This document shows, in pieces, positions 1-9,867 of a stretch of DNA of 64,000 nucleotides. Source of the stretch: an uncultured Actinomycetota bacterium (lineage in GTDB: Bacteria > Actinomycetota > Actinomycetes > JAFAQI01). Made by a program: the position numbers and the translations under genes. The notes under the pieces are model-generated. The model worked only from the letters and a program-made list of their open reading frames with translations. It made no database searches and was not told where the DNA came from. Numbering within the stretch: position 1 is the stretch's first letter; each line of letters starts with the position of its first letter. The stretch spans positions 832,001-896,000 of the forward strand of contig CAVYQE010000001.1 of NCBI GenBank assembly GCA_963770565.1, in the 5' to 3' direction.

Positions 1-977
1 GGACGGCATCGCGCTCGTGATCGCGACGTCGGGCTCAACCGGCGAGCCCAAGGCGGCTCAGCTCACCCACCGCGCCCTCGAGGCCTCGGCCCGGGCCACG
101 CACGCCCGGATCGGGCTCACGCCCACTGACCGCTGGCTGTCGTGCCTGCCCTGGCACCACATCGGCGGGATCCAGGTCATGCTGCGCGCCCGTCTGCTCG
201 GGATTCCGCTCGTCGTTCACGACCGCTTCGAGGTGGATCGGTTCGCCGCCGCTGACGCCACCCTGACCTCGTTGGTGCCGATCCAGCTCCAGCGGCTCCT
301 AGACGCGGGCGTGGACCTGGCCCGGTTCCGGGTGATCCTGCTCGGCGGGGCGGCACCGCCGCCGGGCCTGCTCGAGCGGGCCGCCGAGGCGGGCGCACCG
401 GTCGTCACGACGTACGGCATGAGCGAAACGGCCGGCGGCTGCGTGTACGACGGGACACCGCTCGACGGGGTCGACGTACGGATCGGGGCCGACGGACGGA
501 TCCAGCTGCGCGGGCCGATGCTCATGGCGGGCTACCGCGGGGCGCCGGAGCTCGACGCCCGCACTCTGGTCGACGGATGGCTGGTCACGTCGGACCTCGG
601 CGCGATCGACGCGCGCCGGCCGGCTCCGGGTGATCGGGCGCAGCGACGACGTCGTCGTCACCGGGGGTGAGAACGTCGTTGCCTCAGACGTCGCCGACGT
701 GCTGTCCGCGCACCCGGACCTGGCCGACGTCGCGGTGACCGGGGTCGCCGACCCGCAGTGGGGTCAGCGGCTGGTCGCCGTGGTTGTCGTCCGTGACCGG
801 CAGGTCGTCCCGTCGCTGGCAGATCTGCGCCGATGGTGCTCGGAGAAGGTGGGCGCAGCAGCCCGGCCGCGTGGGGTCGTGGTGGTCGAAACCATCCCGC
901 GGCTTGCGTCGGGGAAGCTGGATCGGCTGGCGGTCGCCCGCCTCGCCGGATCGCCCTCAGGCGACGCCGGCGATTAG
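1..977 (+). CDS. menE: O-succinylbenzoate-CoA ligase (AMP-binding enzyme), 5' end outside the window, one apparent frameshift near 612-630
   Basis: TSGSTGEPK AMP-binding motif, TYGMSET and TSDLG in ORF 17..670; the C-terminal GRSDDVVVTGGENV...SGKLDR continues in ORF 630..977 in another frame. Confidence 0.7.
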
Positions 978-1136
978 CCAATCAGCCGTACCGGGCTCGG
1001 TGCGGTAGACGTCGGACGACTGGATCGGCATGGCGAGATCGAGCAGCAGCGTCAGCGGGATACCTGCCTCCAGTAGCGCCAGGACTGTGTCGATCTCGTC
1101 CATCTGCGGGTGGGGAGTCCCGTCACGCTTGGCCAT
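957..1136 (-). CDS. 59-aa small hypothetical protein (MAKRDGTPHPQMDEIDTVLALLEAGIPLTLLLDLAMPIQSSDVYRTEPGTADWLIAGVA), missing from the ORF track
   Basis: Manual translation; strong SD (AAGGAG) just upstream of ATG 1136; LLEAGIPLTLLLDL resembles small actinobacterial proteins as I recall them. Confidence 0.7.
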   Translation of the reverse strand: MAKRDGTPHPQMDEIDTVLALLEAGIPLTLLLDLAMPIQSSDVYRTEPGTADWLIAGVA

Positions 1137-1179
1137 CTCTACTCCTTTTGTTGCAGTGCTGTCCTAAATGTCGGCGCCA

Positions 1180-1205
1180 AACGGCGCAACAATCAATGCG
1201 CCGTT
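1180..1205 (-). terminator. Hairpin downstream of ugd, possible weak intrinsic terminator
   Basis: Perfect 9-bp stem AACGGCGCA / TGCGCCGTT with 8-nt loop, about 30 bp after the ugd stop; only a short U-run. Confidence 0.35.
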
Positions 1206-1235
1206 CGGGCTAATTCTGGCCGATACCGAATCGCG

Positions 1236-2577
1236 TTACGGTCGGCCGAGCGCGCGGTAGGTCCAGCCGGCCGTGCGCCAGCCGATCCGGGTCGAGGGCG
1301 TTGCGGCCGTCGACGATGTTGCGGTGCGCGACCACCGGCGGTCAGTTCGGCCGGATCCATGTCGCGGAACTCGCGCCACTCGGTCAGGTGCAGTACCACG
1401 TCGGCGTCCCGCGACCGCGTCGATCGCCGAGTCGCAGTACTGCAGGTCAGGATAGCGGGCGCGCGCGTTGTCCATCGCGGCCGGGTCGTAGACGCAGACC
1501 GTCGCGCCCATCCGCTTCAGGATCGGCGAGGCGACATCGAGCGCGGGCGAGTCGCGGACGTCGTCGCTGTTGGGCTTGAAGGCGGCCCCGAGCACGCCGA
1601 CCCGGACGCCGCCGGCGAACGAGCCGCCGAGCAGCTCGCGGGCCAGCTCGACCATGCGGGCCCGGCGGCGCATGTTGATCGCGTCGACCTCGCTTCAGGA
1701 AGGACAGCGCCTGGTCGACGCCGAGCTCGCCGGCCCGGGCCATGAACGCCCGGATGTCCTTGGGCAGGCAGCCGCCGCCGAAGCCGAGGCCGGCGTGCAG
1801 GAACCGGCCGCCGATCCGGGTGTCGTACGACGAGCGCCTGGGAGAGCTTGGTGACGTCGGCGCCGGTCGCCTCGCACACCTCGGCCATCGCGTTGATGAA
1901 CGAGATCTTGGTGGCGAGGAAGGCGTTGGCGGCGACCTTGACCAGCTCCGCGGTCGCGAAGTCGGTGACGACCACCGGGGTGCCGGCGTCGAGCAGCGGG
2001 GCGTAGACCTCGCGCATGACGCCTCCTCGCGCCCGCGCGGACATCGTGCCGAAGACCAGCCGGTCGGGCGTCAGCGTGTCCTTCACGGCGCAGCCCTCGC
2101 GCAGGAACTCCGGGTTCCAGGCGAGCTCGACTCAGCGCCAGCGGGAGCCTCGGCGGCGATCCGCTCGGCGAGCAGCTCGGCGGTGCCGGCCGGGACGGTG
2201 GACTTGCCGACGAACAGTGCAAGGACGGGCAGCATGCGGCAGCAGCGTGTCGAGCGCGGCGTCGACGATAGCGTCATGTCGGCGGCGAACTCGCCCTTCT
2301 TCTGCGGCGTGCCGACGCAGAGGAAGTGCACGTCGCCGAACTGCCGCGACCTCCTCGTACGAGGTGGTGAACCGCAGCCGGCCGGTGGCGAGGTGTTTCG
2401 CGCGAGCAGCTCGTCAAGGCCGGGCTCGAAGAACGGGACCGTCGCCGGCGGACAGCAGGTCGATCTTGCCTTGTCGACGTCCAGCCCGAGGACCTCGAAG
2501 CCGAGGTCGGCCATGCAAGCGGCGTGGGTGGCGCCGAGATAGCCGGTGCCGAGCACGGTCAGGCGGAGGTCGCTCAT
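1236..2577 (-). pseudogene. ugd: UDP-glucose/GDP-mannose 6-dehydrogenase, multiply frameshifted (pseudogene or sequencing errors)
   Basis: GTGYLGATHAAC, FLCVGTPQ, GKSTVPAGTA, AELVKVAANAFLATKISFIN and FKPNSDDVRDSP motifs spread over at least five ORF fragments in different frames. Confidence 0.85.
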
Positions 2578-2618
2578 GCTGCCGATCGGTATGGGCAGCG
2601 GCCCGTAGCATCGGGATC

Positions 2619-3791
2619 GTGAACCCGGGCTTCGACCTGTATCACGCTGCACGGACGAGCACGAACTGCTCCGCGCAAACGGTGCGTGACTCTCGCCGCG
2701 GACATGATCGCGCCTCGGGCGGCCGAGATCGACGAGAGCGCCGAGTATCCCGTGGGACGTCCACGAGGCGCTGAAGGCCGCCGAGCTGCTTGCGATCCAC
2801 GTGCCGGAGGAGTACGGCGGCGCCGGCGCCGACAAGATCGCGCACTGCGCGATCGTGATCGAGGAGATCGCCCGGGTCTGCGCGTCGTCGTCGCTGATCC
2901 CGATGGGCAACAAGCTCGGCACGACGGGACTGATCCTCAGCGGTCGACCGAGCTCAAGACGGCGTACCTGCCGCGGCTGGCGCGCGGCGAGGCCTGTTCT
3001 CCTACGCCTGTCGGAGCGCGGAGGCGGGCAGCGACGCGGCATCCATGAAGACCCGGGCGGAGCGCGGACGGCGACGGCTACGTGCTCAACGGCGGTCAAG
3101 AGGTGGATCACCAACGCGGGGGTCTCGAGCACTACACGGTGATGGCGGTGACCGACCCTGCCGCGGGGCCGCGGGGGATCTCGCGCGTTCGTGGTGGAGA
3201 AGGCCGACCCGGGGTTCAGCTTCGGGGAGCCGGAGCGCAAGCTCGGAATCAAGGGCTCGCCCGACCGCTGAGATCTACTTCGACAACTGCCGGATCCCGG
3301 CCGACCGGATGATCGGCGAGGCGGGCACGGGCTTCAAGACCGCGCTGCGCACGCTGGACCACACCCGGCTCGGCATCGGCGCCCAGGCGCTCGGGATCGC
3401 GCAGGGTGCGCTCGACTGCTGCCTCGGCTATATCAAGGAGCGCAAGCAATTCGGCCAGCCGATCTCGTCGATTCCAGGGCGTGTCAGTTCATGGTCGCCG
3501 ACATGGCGATGAAGACCGAGGCGGCGCGGTCGCTGGTCTACACCGCGGCCGCTCAAAGCGAGCAGCTGGCGCCCACCTGACCTTCATGTCGGCGGCCGCG
3601 AAGTGCTTCGCGTCAGACACCGCGATGGCGGTCACGACGGACGCGGTGCAGCTGCTCGGCGGGTACGGCTACGTACGAAGGACTTCCCGGTCGAGCGGAT
3701 GATGCGCGACGCGAAGATCACCCAGATCTACGAGGGCACCAACCAGATCCAGCGAATGGTGATGTCGCGCAACCTCCTGAACCCGCGTTGA
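2619..3791 (+). pseudogene. Acyl-CoA dehydrogenase (FadE25-like), multiply frameshifted
   Basis: [38 protein letters not shown] and [17 protein letters not shown] motifs distributed over several frames. Confidence 0.85.
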
Positions 3792-4813
3792 CCGGGCGGG
3801 GGCACAACCCCGACGCCTTGCTGGTGTTGTCCTTCGGCGGGCCCGAGGCGCCCGATGAGGTCATGCCGTTCCTCGAACGCGTCACGGCCGGTCGCGGGGT
3901 CAGCCCCGAGCGGCTGGCCGCGGTCGCCGAGCACTACCACCACTTCGGCGGGGTCTCGCCGATCAACGCGCAGAACCGTGCCCTGATCGAGGCGGTCGGG
4001 CTGGAGTTCGCCGCACATGGGATCGACCTGCCGATCTACTGGGGCAACCGCAACTGGCATCCCCTGGTCGAGGACACCGTCCGCTCGATGGCCGTCGACG
4101 GGGTCGGCAGCGCACTGGTCTTCGTGACCTCGGCCTACGGGTCGTACTCGTCGTGCCGGCAGTACCAGGACGACCTGGCTACGGCGGCTCGTGCGGTCGG
4201 CGCCGGGGCGCCGGAGTTCGCCAAGCTGCGCCAGTTCTTCGACCACCCGGGGTTCGTCGAGCCACAGGTCGATGCGCTCGGCCTGGCGGTCGCGGACATC
4301 GAGCCGGCGAACCTCGTCACGACCCGGCTGGTCTTCACCGCACACTCGATCCCGGTGTCGATGGCGGCGCAGGCCGGACCGGACGGCGACCTGTACGTCG
4401 CTCAGCTCACCGCGGCGGCCGAGGTCATTGCCTTGGCGGGGGCTCCCGGGCTGTCGTGGGACCTGGTGTTCCAGAGCCGGAGCGGGCCGCCGACGGTCCC
4501 GTGGCTCGGGCCGGACATCGGCGATCACGTTCGCGCGCTCGGCGCGGCCGGGGTCACCGACGTCGTTGTCGTGCCGGTCGGGTTCGTCTCGGACCATCTC
4601 GAGGTCAAGTGGGATCTCGACGTCGAGGCGGCGGCGATCGCTGCCGATCTCGGGATCCGGCTCACCCGCACGCCCACGGCGGGTGCCGATCCGCGGTTCG
4701 CTGCGATGGTGCGCGAGCTGGTCGAGGAGCGCCTGAATCCGCAGTGCCCGAAGCGGGCCTTGTCGGCGCTCGGCCCCGCACACGATGTGTGCCCGCCGGG
4801 GTGCTGCCGATAA
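3788..4813 (+). CDS. hemH: Ferrochelatase (coproporphyrin ferrochelatase)
   Basis: [38 protein letters not shown] and GFVSDHLEV motifs. Confidence 0.93.
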   Translation: MTGRGHNPDALLVLSFGGPEAPDEVMPFLERVTAGRGVSPERLAAVAEHYHHFGGVSPINAQNRALIEAVGLEFAAHGIDLPIYWGNRNWHPLVEDTVRSMAVDGVGSALVFVTSAYGSYSSCRQYQDDLATAARAVGAGAPEFAKLRQFFDHPGFVEPQVDALGLAVADIEPANLVTTRLVFTAHSIPVSMAAQAGPDGDLYVAQLTAAAEVIALAGAPGLSWDLVFQSRSGPPTVPWLGPDIGDHVRALGAAGVTDVVVVPVGFVSDHLEVKWDLDVEAAAIAADLGIRLTRTPTAGADPRFAAMVRELVEERLNPQCPKRALSALGPAHDVCPPGCCR

Positions 4814-4814
4814 C

Positions 4815-6785
4815 GTGCCGGTCGTGGTCGGTGAAGGCGATCTGCTCTGGACACCGGATCAGGCGCGGGTCGATGCCTCCCGGCTGACCGACTTCGCGCG
4901 CTGGCTCGAGACCCACCGAGGGCTGCGGTTCACGTCGTACGACGATCTGTACTGCTGGTCGATCGACGACCTCGACGGCTTCTGGTCCTCGCTCGACCAC
5001 TGGCTCGGGATCCGCTGGTCGCAGCGGCCCAGCCGCGTCCTCGACTCTCGGGTGATGCCGGGCACGAAGTGGTTCTCCGGCGGGCGGTTGAACTACGCCG
5101 AGCACCTGCTCTATCCGCTCGGTGGGGTCGATGGCGACGCAGTCGCGGTCATCGCCGCCCGCGAGGACGGCCAAGAGACCGTCGTCACCTGGGACGAGCT
5201 GCGCGCGCAGGTCGGCGCTGTCCAGGCCTGGTTGCGCTCCCAAGGCGTCGGCCGCGGTGACCGGGTGGCCGCGATCCTGCCGAACGGGCTTGAGGCGTTG
5301 GTCTCGGTGCTGGCGGTCGCGGCGCTCGGCGCGATCTGGTCGTGCTGCTCGCCGGACTTCGGCCCGACCGCGATCGCGGACCGGTTCACCCAGATCAACC
5401 CGGTCGTGCTGCTCGCCGTCGACGGCTACCGGTACGCCGGCAAGGGCTTCGACATCGGCGCGACCGTGCGCGAGCTGGTCGGTGACCTGCCGTCCTTGAA
5501 GGCGACCGTGCTCGTTCCCTGTCTCGATCCGTTGGCAACGCATGAGGGCTCGGCGTCATGGGCCGAGCTGCTCGCCACCGAGGGGGAGCTGCGCTTCGAG
5601 CCGATGGCCTTCGACGACCCGCTGTGGGTGCTGTACTCGTCGGGGACCACGGGTCTGCCGAAGCCGATCGTGCACGGTCAGGGCTCGATGTTGCTCGAGC
5701 ACGCCAAGCAGCTGGCGCTGCACCTCGATCTCGGGCCGGGCGACCGCTTCTTCTGGTTCAGCACGACCGGCTGGATGATGTGGAACCTTCTGATCTCCGG
5801 ACTTGCCGTCGGTGCCTCCATCGTGTTGTACGACGGGAACCCGGCGTACCCCGAGCCGGACGCTCTGTGGCGCCTCGCGGACCGGCACCGGATCACCTGC
5901 CTCGGTCTGGGTGCGCCGTTCATTCAGAGCTGCGCGAAGGCCGACCTGCACCCCGGGCGTGACTACGACCTCCAGGCACTTCGCACAGTCGGGTCGACCG
6001 GCGCCCCGTTGCCGCCCGACGGATTCGCGTGGATCTACGAACGGGTCAGGGATGACGTGATGCTGTCCTCGCTGTCCGGCGGAACCGATGTGTGCAGCGC
6101 GTTCGTCGGCGGGGCGTCGTGGTTGCCGGTGCATGCCGGAGTGATCCCCTGTCGGCTGCTCGGGTGTGCGGTCGAGGCATTCAATGAGGAAGGCCACCCG
6201 GTCGTCGACGAGGTGGGCGAGTTGGTGATCACCGCGCCGATGCCGTCGATGCCGGTCGAGTTCTGGAACGACCCCGACGGGTCGCGGCTGCGGGCCGCCT
6301 ACTTCGAGGCTTATCCAGGCGTGTGGCGCCACGGCGACTGGATCAAGATCGCCGCGGATGGATCATGTGTCATCTACGGACGCAGCGACTCGACCCTCAA
6401 CCGCGGCGGGGTCCGGATGGGGACGAGCGAGTTCTACCAGGTGGTCGAGGAGCTGCCCGCGGTCGAGGACTCGCTCGTGATCGACACCTCGGCGGCCGGG
6501 ATCGAGGGCCGCCTGCTGCTGTTCGTGGCGCTCAGGCCCGGTGCCTCGCTCGACGAGGTCGCGCCGGAGTTGCGCGACCGGATCCGTTCGCAGCTCTCGC
6601 CGCGGCACGTGCCCGACGACATCATCGAGATCGGCGTCGTCCCGCGCACATTGAACGGCAAGAAGTGCGAGGTGCCGGTCAAGCGGGTGCTCGCCGGCGT
6701 TGCGATCGAACAGGCCGTGTCGGCCGGCGCTCTGAAGGACCCCGACTCGATGACCCCCTTCCTCGCCCTCCGCCAAGCAATGTGA
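4815..6785 (+). CDS. Acetoacetate-CoA ligase
   Basis: YSSGTTGLPKPIVH, WMMWN, SGGTD, WRHGDW, GRSDSTLNRGGVRMGTSE, GKKCEVPVK; start inferred at GTG 4815 right after the hemH stop. Confidence 0.9.
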   Translation: MPVVVGEGDLLWTPDQARVDASRLTDFARWLETHRGLRFTSYDDLYCWSIDDLDGFWSSLDHWLGIRWSQRPSRVLDSRVMPGTKWFSGGRLNYAEHLLYPLGGVDGDAVAVIAAREDGQETVVTWDELRAQVGAVQAWLRSQGVGRGDRVAAILPNGLEALVSVLAVAALGAIWSCCSPDFGPTAIADRFTQINPVVLLAVDGYRYAGKGFDIGATVRELVGDLPSLKATVLVPCLDPLATHEGSASWAELLATEGELRFEPMAFDDPLWVLYSSGTTGLPKPIVHGQGSMLLEHAKQLALHLDLGPGDRFFWFSTTGWMMWNLLISGLAVGASIVLYDGNPAYPEPDALWRLADRHRITCLGLGAPFIQSCAKADLHPGRDYDLQALRTVGSTGAPLPPDGFAWIYERVRDDVMLSSLSGGTDVCSAFVGGASWLPVHAGVIPCRLLGCAVEAFNEEGHPVVDEVGELVITAPMPSMPVEFWNDPDGSRLRAAYFEAYPGVWRHGDWIKIAADGSCVIYGRSDSTLNRGGVRMGTSEFYQVVEELPAVEDSLVIDTSAAGIEGRLLLFVALRPGASLDEVAPELRDRIRSQLSPRHVPDDIIEIGVVPRTLNGKKCEVPVKRVLAGVAIEQAVSAGALKDPDSMTPFLALRQAM

Positions 6786-6857
6786 CATTGCCCTCACGAA
6801 TCGGGGGGTGGAGTCACATTGCCCCCACGAAGTGGGGGGCAATGTGACATTGCTTGG
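6773..6857. repeat. REP/MITE-like element, copy 1 (three 15-bp palindromes at 31-bp period)
   Basis: GCAATGTGACATTGC at 6777 and 6839, degenerate GTGGAGTCACATTGC at 6808; ends CCAAGC...GCTTGG are inverted; contains the stop codon of the upstream gene. Confidence 0.9.
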
Positions 6858-6865
6858 TACGGGGG

Positions 6866-7516
6866 TTAGGGGTCGAGGCGGGGGAGCTCGGGGATGGTCA
6901 CACCCAAGGTGTGGGTGACGCGCTCGGTCCGGGCGTGCGCCGCCAGCTCGGCCGGATCGGCACCGGCCACCAGCACGATCGATCCGCTGACCTCGAGCGG
7001 CGCGATCAGCCCGTAGGACAGCGCGTCCGCGGTGTCGAAGGGCAGGACCGTGAGCACGCGAGCGGCGTACGGCAGGTCAGGTGCGGCCGCTTCGACCAGG
7101 TCGGCGCCGCTGGGGTCGACCGGGACGAAGGCGTCGGGTTGGGCCGCGACCAGCCGGCTGAAGTCGGCCCCCATCGGCGCGAGCGACAGCGCGATCACTT
7201 CGCCGTCGGCGTCCGCATCCGCGGTGGTGACGGTGAGTACGCCGCCCGGATCGAACGAGACCTGGGCGCCCACCGACCAGCAGCTGAGCAGGACCACGAT
7301 CGCCTGCCAGTGCATCGGGAGCCGGACCGTCACCAGGTCGCCGGGGTCGACGCCGTGCTCATCGACCAGGAGGTTCGCGGTCTTCGCGACCCAGTTCGCC
7401 ATCGTGGCAACGGAAAGCTCCACCCGCTCCCCGGTCCGGTCGTCGTAGGAGGTGATCAGCGGACGCGACCCGTCGCGCGAGAGCTGGTCGGACAGCAGGT
7501 CGGCGGGGGTCGTCAC
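6866..7516 (-). CDS. TIGR03089 family protein (degenerate AMP-binding-like)
   Basis: RPLITSYDDRTGERVELSVATMANWVAKTANLL signature; usual position near manC/cofE. Confidence 0.85.
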   Translation of the reverse strand: MTTPADLLSDQLSRDGSRPLITSYDDRTGERVELSVATMANWVAKTANLLVDEHGVDPGDLVTVRLPMHWQAIVVLLSCWSVGAQVSFDPGGVLTVTTADADADGEVIALSLAPMGADFSRLVAAQPDAFVPVDPSGADLVEAAAPDLPYAARVLTVLPFDTADALSYGLIAPLEVSGSIVLVAGADPAELAAHARTERVTHTLGVTIPELPRLDP

Positions 7517-7654
7517 CCCGCAAGGATCCGCTAGTCGTCGTCCGGGTGAACGAATGGGTGTCGCACCTGCAGCGGACCGCGTCGAGGGTTACGCTGAATG
7601 CCGGACCAACAAGACAAACTTCAACGCTCAGATCAGACGGGGAGGGAGCCGCTC

Positions 7655-8782
7655 GTGGCCCCCCGAGTGCTGGTCGACGCGACCGCCGTCCCGGCCGACC
7701 GGGGTGGGGTGGGGCGCTACGTCGACGGCCTTCTCGGCGCGCTGGGCAGCGCCGGTGCCGACCTTGCCATCGTCTGCCAGCGCGCGGACGCAGAGCGCTA
7801 TTCACTCCTTGCGCCGCAGGCGGTTGTCGTCCCCGGGCCAGCCGCGATCGCGCATCGCCCGGCCCGCCTCGCGTGGGAGCAGACCGGACTTCCGCTGGTC
7901 GCTCAGCAGCTCGCGGCCGAGGTCGTCCACTCGCCGCATTACACGATGCCGCTGCGGGTCGGCATCCCGGTCGTGGTGACGATCCACGACGCGACCTTCT
8001 TCACCCAGCCGGAAGCGATCACCGCGGTCAAGGGCACGTTCTTCCGGTCAGCGACTCGTACGGCGCTGCGCCGCGCCACCCGGGTGATCGTCCCGAGCAA
8101 GGCGACCCGCGACGAACTGATTCGGGTCCTCGACGCCGACCCGACGCTGATCGACGTCGCCTACCACGGTGTCGACCCGCAGCTGTTCCACGTCCCGACC
8201 GACGCGGACAAGGCGCGAGTGGCGGCCCGGCTCGGGTTGCACGGCTCGTACATCGCGTTCCTCGGGGTGCTCGAGCCGCGTAAGAACGTGCCGGCCCTGA
8301 TCCGCGGCTGGGTCGAGGCGGTCAGCTGGCGCGACGATCCGCCCGCCCTGGTGCTGGCCGGGGGCAGCGGCTGGGACGACGACGTCGACATCGCGATCGC
8401 CGAGGTGCCGAGCCATCTTCGCGTCGTCCGGCCTGGCTACCTGCGATTTGCCGATCTGCCCGGGTTCCTGGGCGGCGCGACCGTGGTGGCCTTTCCGAGC
8501 CACGGCGAGGGTTTCGGCCTGCCGGTGCTCGAGGCGATGGCCTGCGGCACTCCGGTGCTCACCACCCAGCGGCTGTCGCTGCCCGAGGTGGGCGGCGACG
8601 CGGTGGCCTACACCGAGCCCGACGCGGCGTCGATCGGGGCGGCGCTGTCCGCCCTTCTGGACGACGAGGCGCGTCGTCACAGCCTGTCCGAGGCCGCGCT
8701 CAGCCGGTCCCGGGAGTTCACCTGGCAGGCCAGTGCCGAGGCCCACCTCGCGTCCTACGCCCGCGCTGCATCACAGGGCTGA
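7655..8782 (+). CDS. Glycosyltransferase family 4 (GT-B), probable mannosyltransferase
   Basis: TIHDATFF, EPRKNV, EGFGLPVLEAMACG; SD GGAGGGAG before GTG 7655. Confidence 0.9.
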   Translation: MAPRVLVDATAVPADRGGVGRYVDGLLGALGSAGADLAIVCQRADAERYSLLAPQAVVVPGPAAIAHRPARLAWEQTGLPLVAQQLAAEVVHSPHYTMPLRVGIPVVVTIHDATFFTQPEAITAVKGTFFRSATRTALRRATRVIVPSKATRDELIRVLDADPTLIDVAYHGVDPQLFHVPTDADKARVAARLGLHGSYIAFLGVLEPRKNVPALIRGWVEAVSWRDDPPALVLAGGSGWDDDVDIAIAEVPSHLRVVRPGYLRFADLPGFLGGATVVAFPSHGEGFGLPVLEAMACGTPVLTTQRLSLPEVGGDAVAYTEPDAASIGAALSALLDDEARRHSLSEAALSRSREFTWQASAEAHLASYARAASQG

Positions 8783-8790
8783 CCGCCCTC

Positions 8791-9861
8791 GTGGAGGCGG
8801 TCATCCTGGTCGGCGGCCAGGGAACCCGGCTGCAGCCGCTGACTCTCCGCACCCCGAAGCCGATGTTGCACCTGGCCGGCGTGCCGTTCCTCGCCCATCA
8901 GGTTGCGCGCCTCGCCGCCGCCGGGGTCGATCACGTCGTGCTGGCGACGTCGTACCTGCCGGAGGTGTTCAGCGACTACTTCGGCACCGGATCGGACCTC
9001 GGGATCCGGATCGACTACGTCACCGAGGACGCCCCGCTCGGGACGGGCGGCGGCATTCGCAACGTCGTCGACCGGCTCGAGTCGGCGCCGGACGCTCCGG
9101 TGCTGGTCATCAACGGCGACGTCTTGTCGGGACATGACATCCATGCCCAGCTCGACCTGCACCGGCGGCGTAACGCGGCGGTCACGCTGCACTTGGTCGA
9201 GGTCGCCGATGCCCGCGCTTTTGGTTGCGTGCCAACGGATTCGCATGGACGGGTGACCGGCTTCATCGAGAAGTCCGAGCGGCCGGTGACCAATCGGATC
9301 AACGCCGGCTGTTACGTCTTCACCCGCTCGGTGATCGACGAGATCCCGGCGGGTCGTCCGGTGTCGGTGGAGCGCGAGACCTTCCCCGATCTGCTAGCGG
9401 CGCGGGCGGTGGTGATGGGGTACATCGATTCGTCGTACTGGCTGGACGTCGGCACCCCGAGCGCGTTCGTCACCGGAAGCTCGGATGTCGTGCGCGGCGT
9501 GCTGGCGTCGCCGGCATTGGCCGGGCCGACCGGCGAGGCCTTGGTCGATGCGAGCGCGGTCGTGCACCCGAGTGCTGAAGTGTCGGGCGGCTCGGCGCTC
9601 GCCGCCAACGTGCGGATCGAGACGGACGCGGTCGTGGACGGGTCGGTACTCGCTGACGACGTCCATGTCGCGGCCGGCGCGCGAGTGACCCGGTGCTTGG
9701 TCGGCGCCGGCGCGACGATCGGTACGGGTGCAACCCTCGCGGATGCGGTGATCGGTGACGGGGCGCGGATCGGCGCGAACAACGACCTCGCCGCCGGCAT
9801 TCGGGTCTGGACCGGTGCGGTCATCCCCGATTCCGCGATTCGCTTCTCTCCGCTGCCCTGA
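8791..9861 (+). CDS. manC: Mannose-1-phosphate guanylyltransferase / NDP-sugar synthase
   Basis: LVGGQGTRLQPLT..PKPML, PLGTGG, NGD, INAGCY; C-terminal hexapeptide repeats. Confidence 0.88.
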   Translation: MEAVILVGGQGTRLQPLTLRTPKPMLHLAGVPFLAHQVARLAAAGVDHVVLATSYLPEVFSDYFGTGSDLGIRIDYVTEDAPLGTGGGIRNVVDRLESAPDAPVLVINGDVLSGHDIHAQLDLHRRRNAAVTLHLVEVADARAFGCVPTDSHGRVTGFIEKSERPVTNRINAGCYVFTRSVIDEIPAGRPVSVERETFPDLLAARAVVMGYIDSSYWLDVGTPSAFVTGSSDVVRGVLASPALAGPTGEALVDASAVVHPSAEVSGGSALAANVRIETDAVVDGSVLADDVHVAAGARVTRCLVGAGATIGTGATLADAVIGDGARIGANNDLAAGIRVWTGAVIPDSAIRFSPLP

Positions 9862-9867
9862 TCGCCG

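Noticed and set aside
1236-3791. Programmed frameshifting in ugd and the acyl-CoA dehydrogenase
   Set aside because: Too many shifts in both directions without slippery heptamers; consistent with sequence error or decay
6773-6857. Palindrome-spacer-palindrome arrays as mini-CRISPR
   Set aside because: Repeats (15 bp) and spacers (16 bp) are too short, one spacer is identical between loci, each locus has only three units and no cas genes are present
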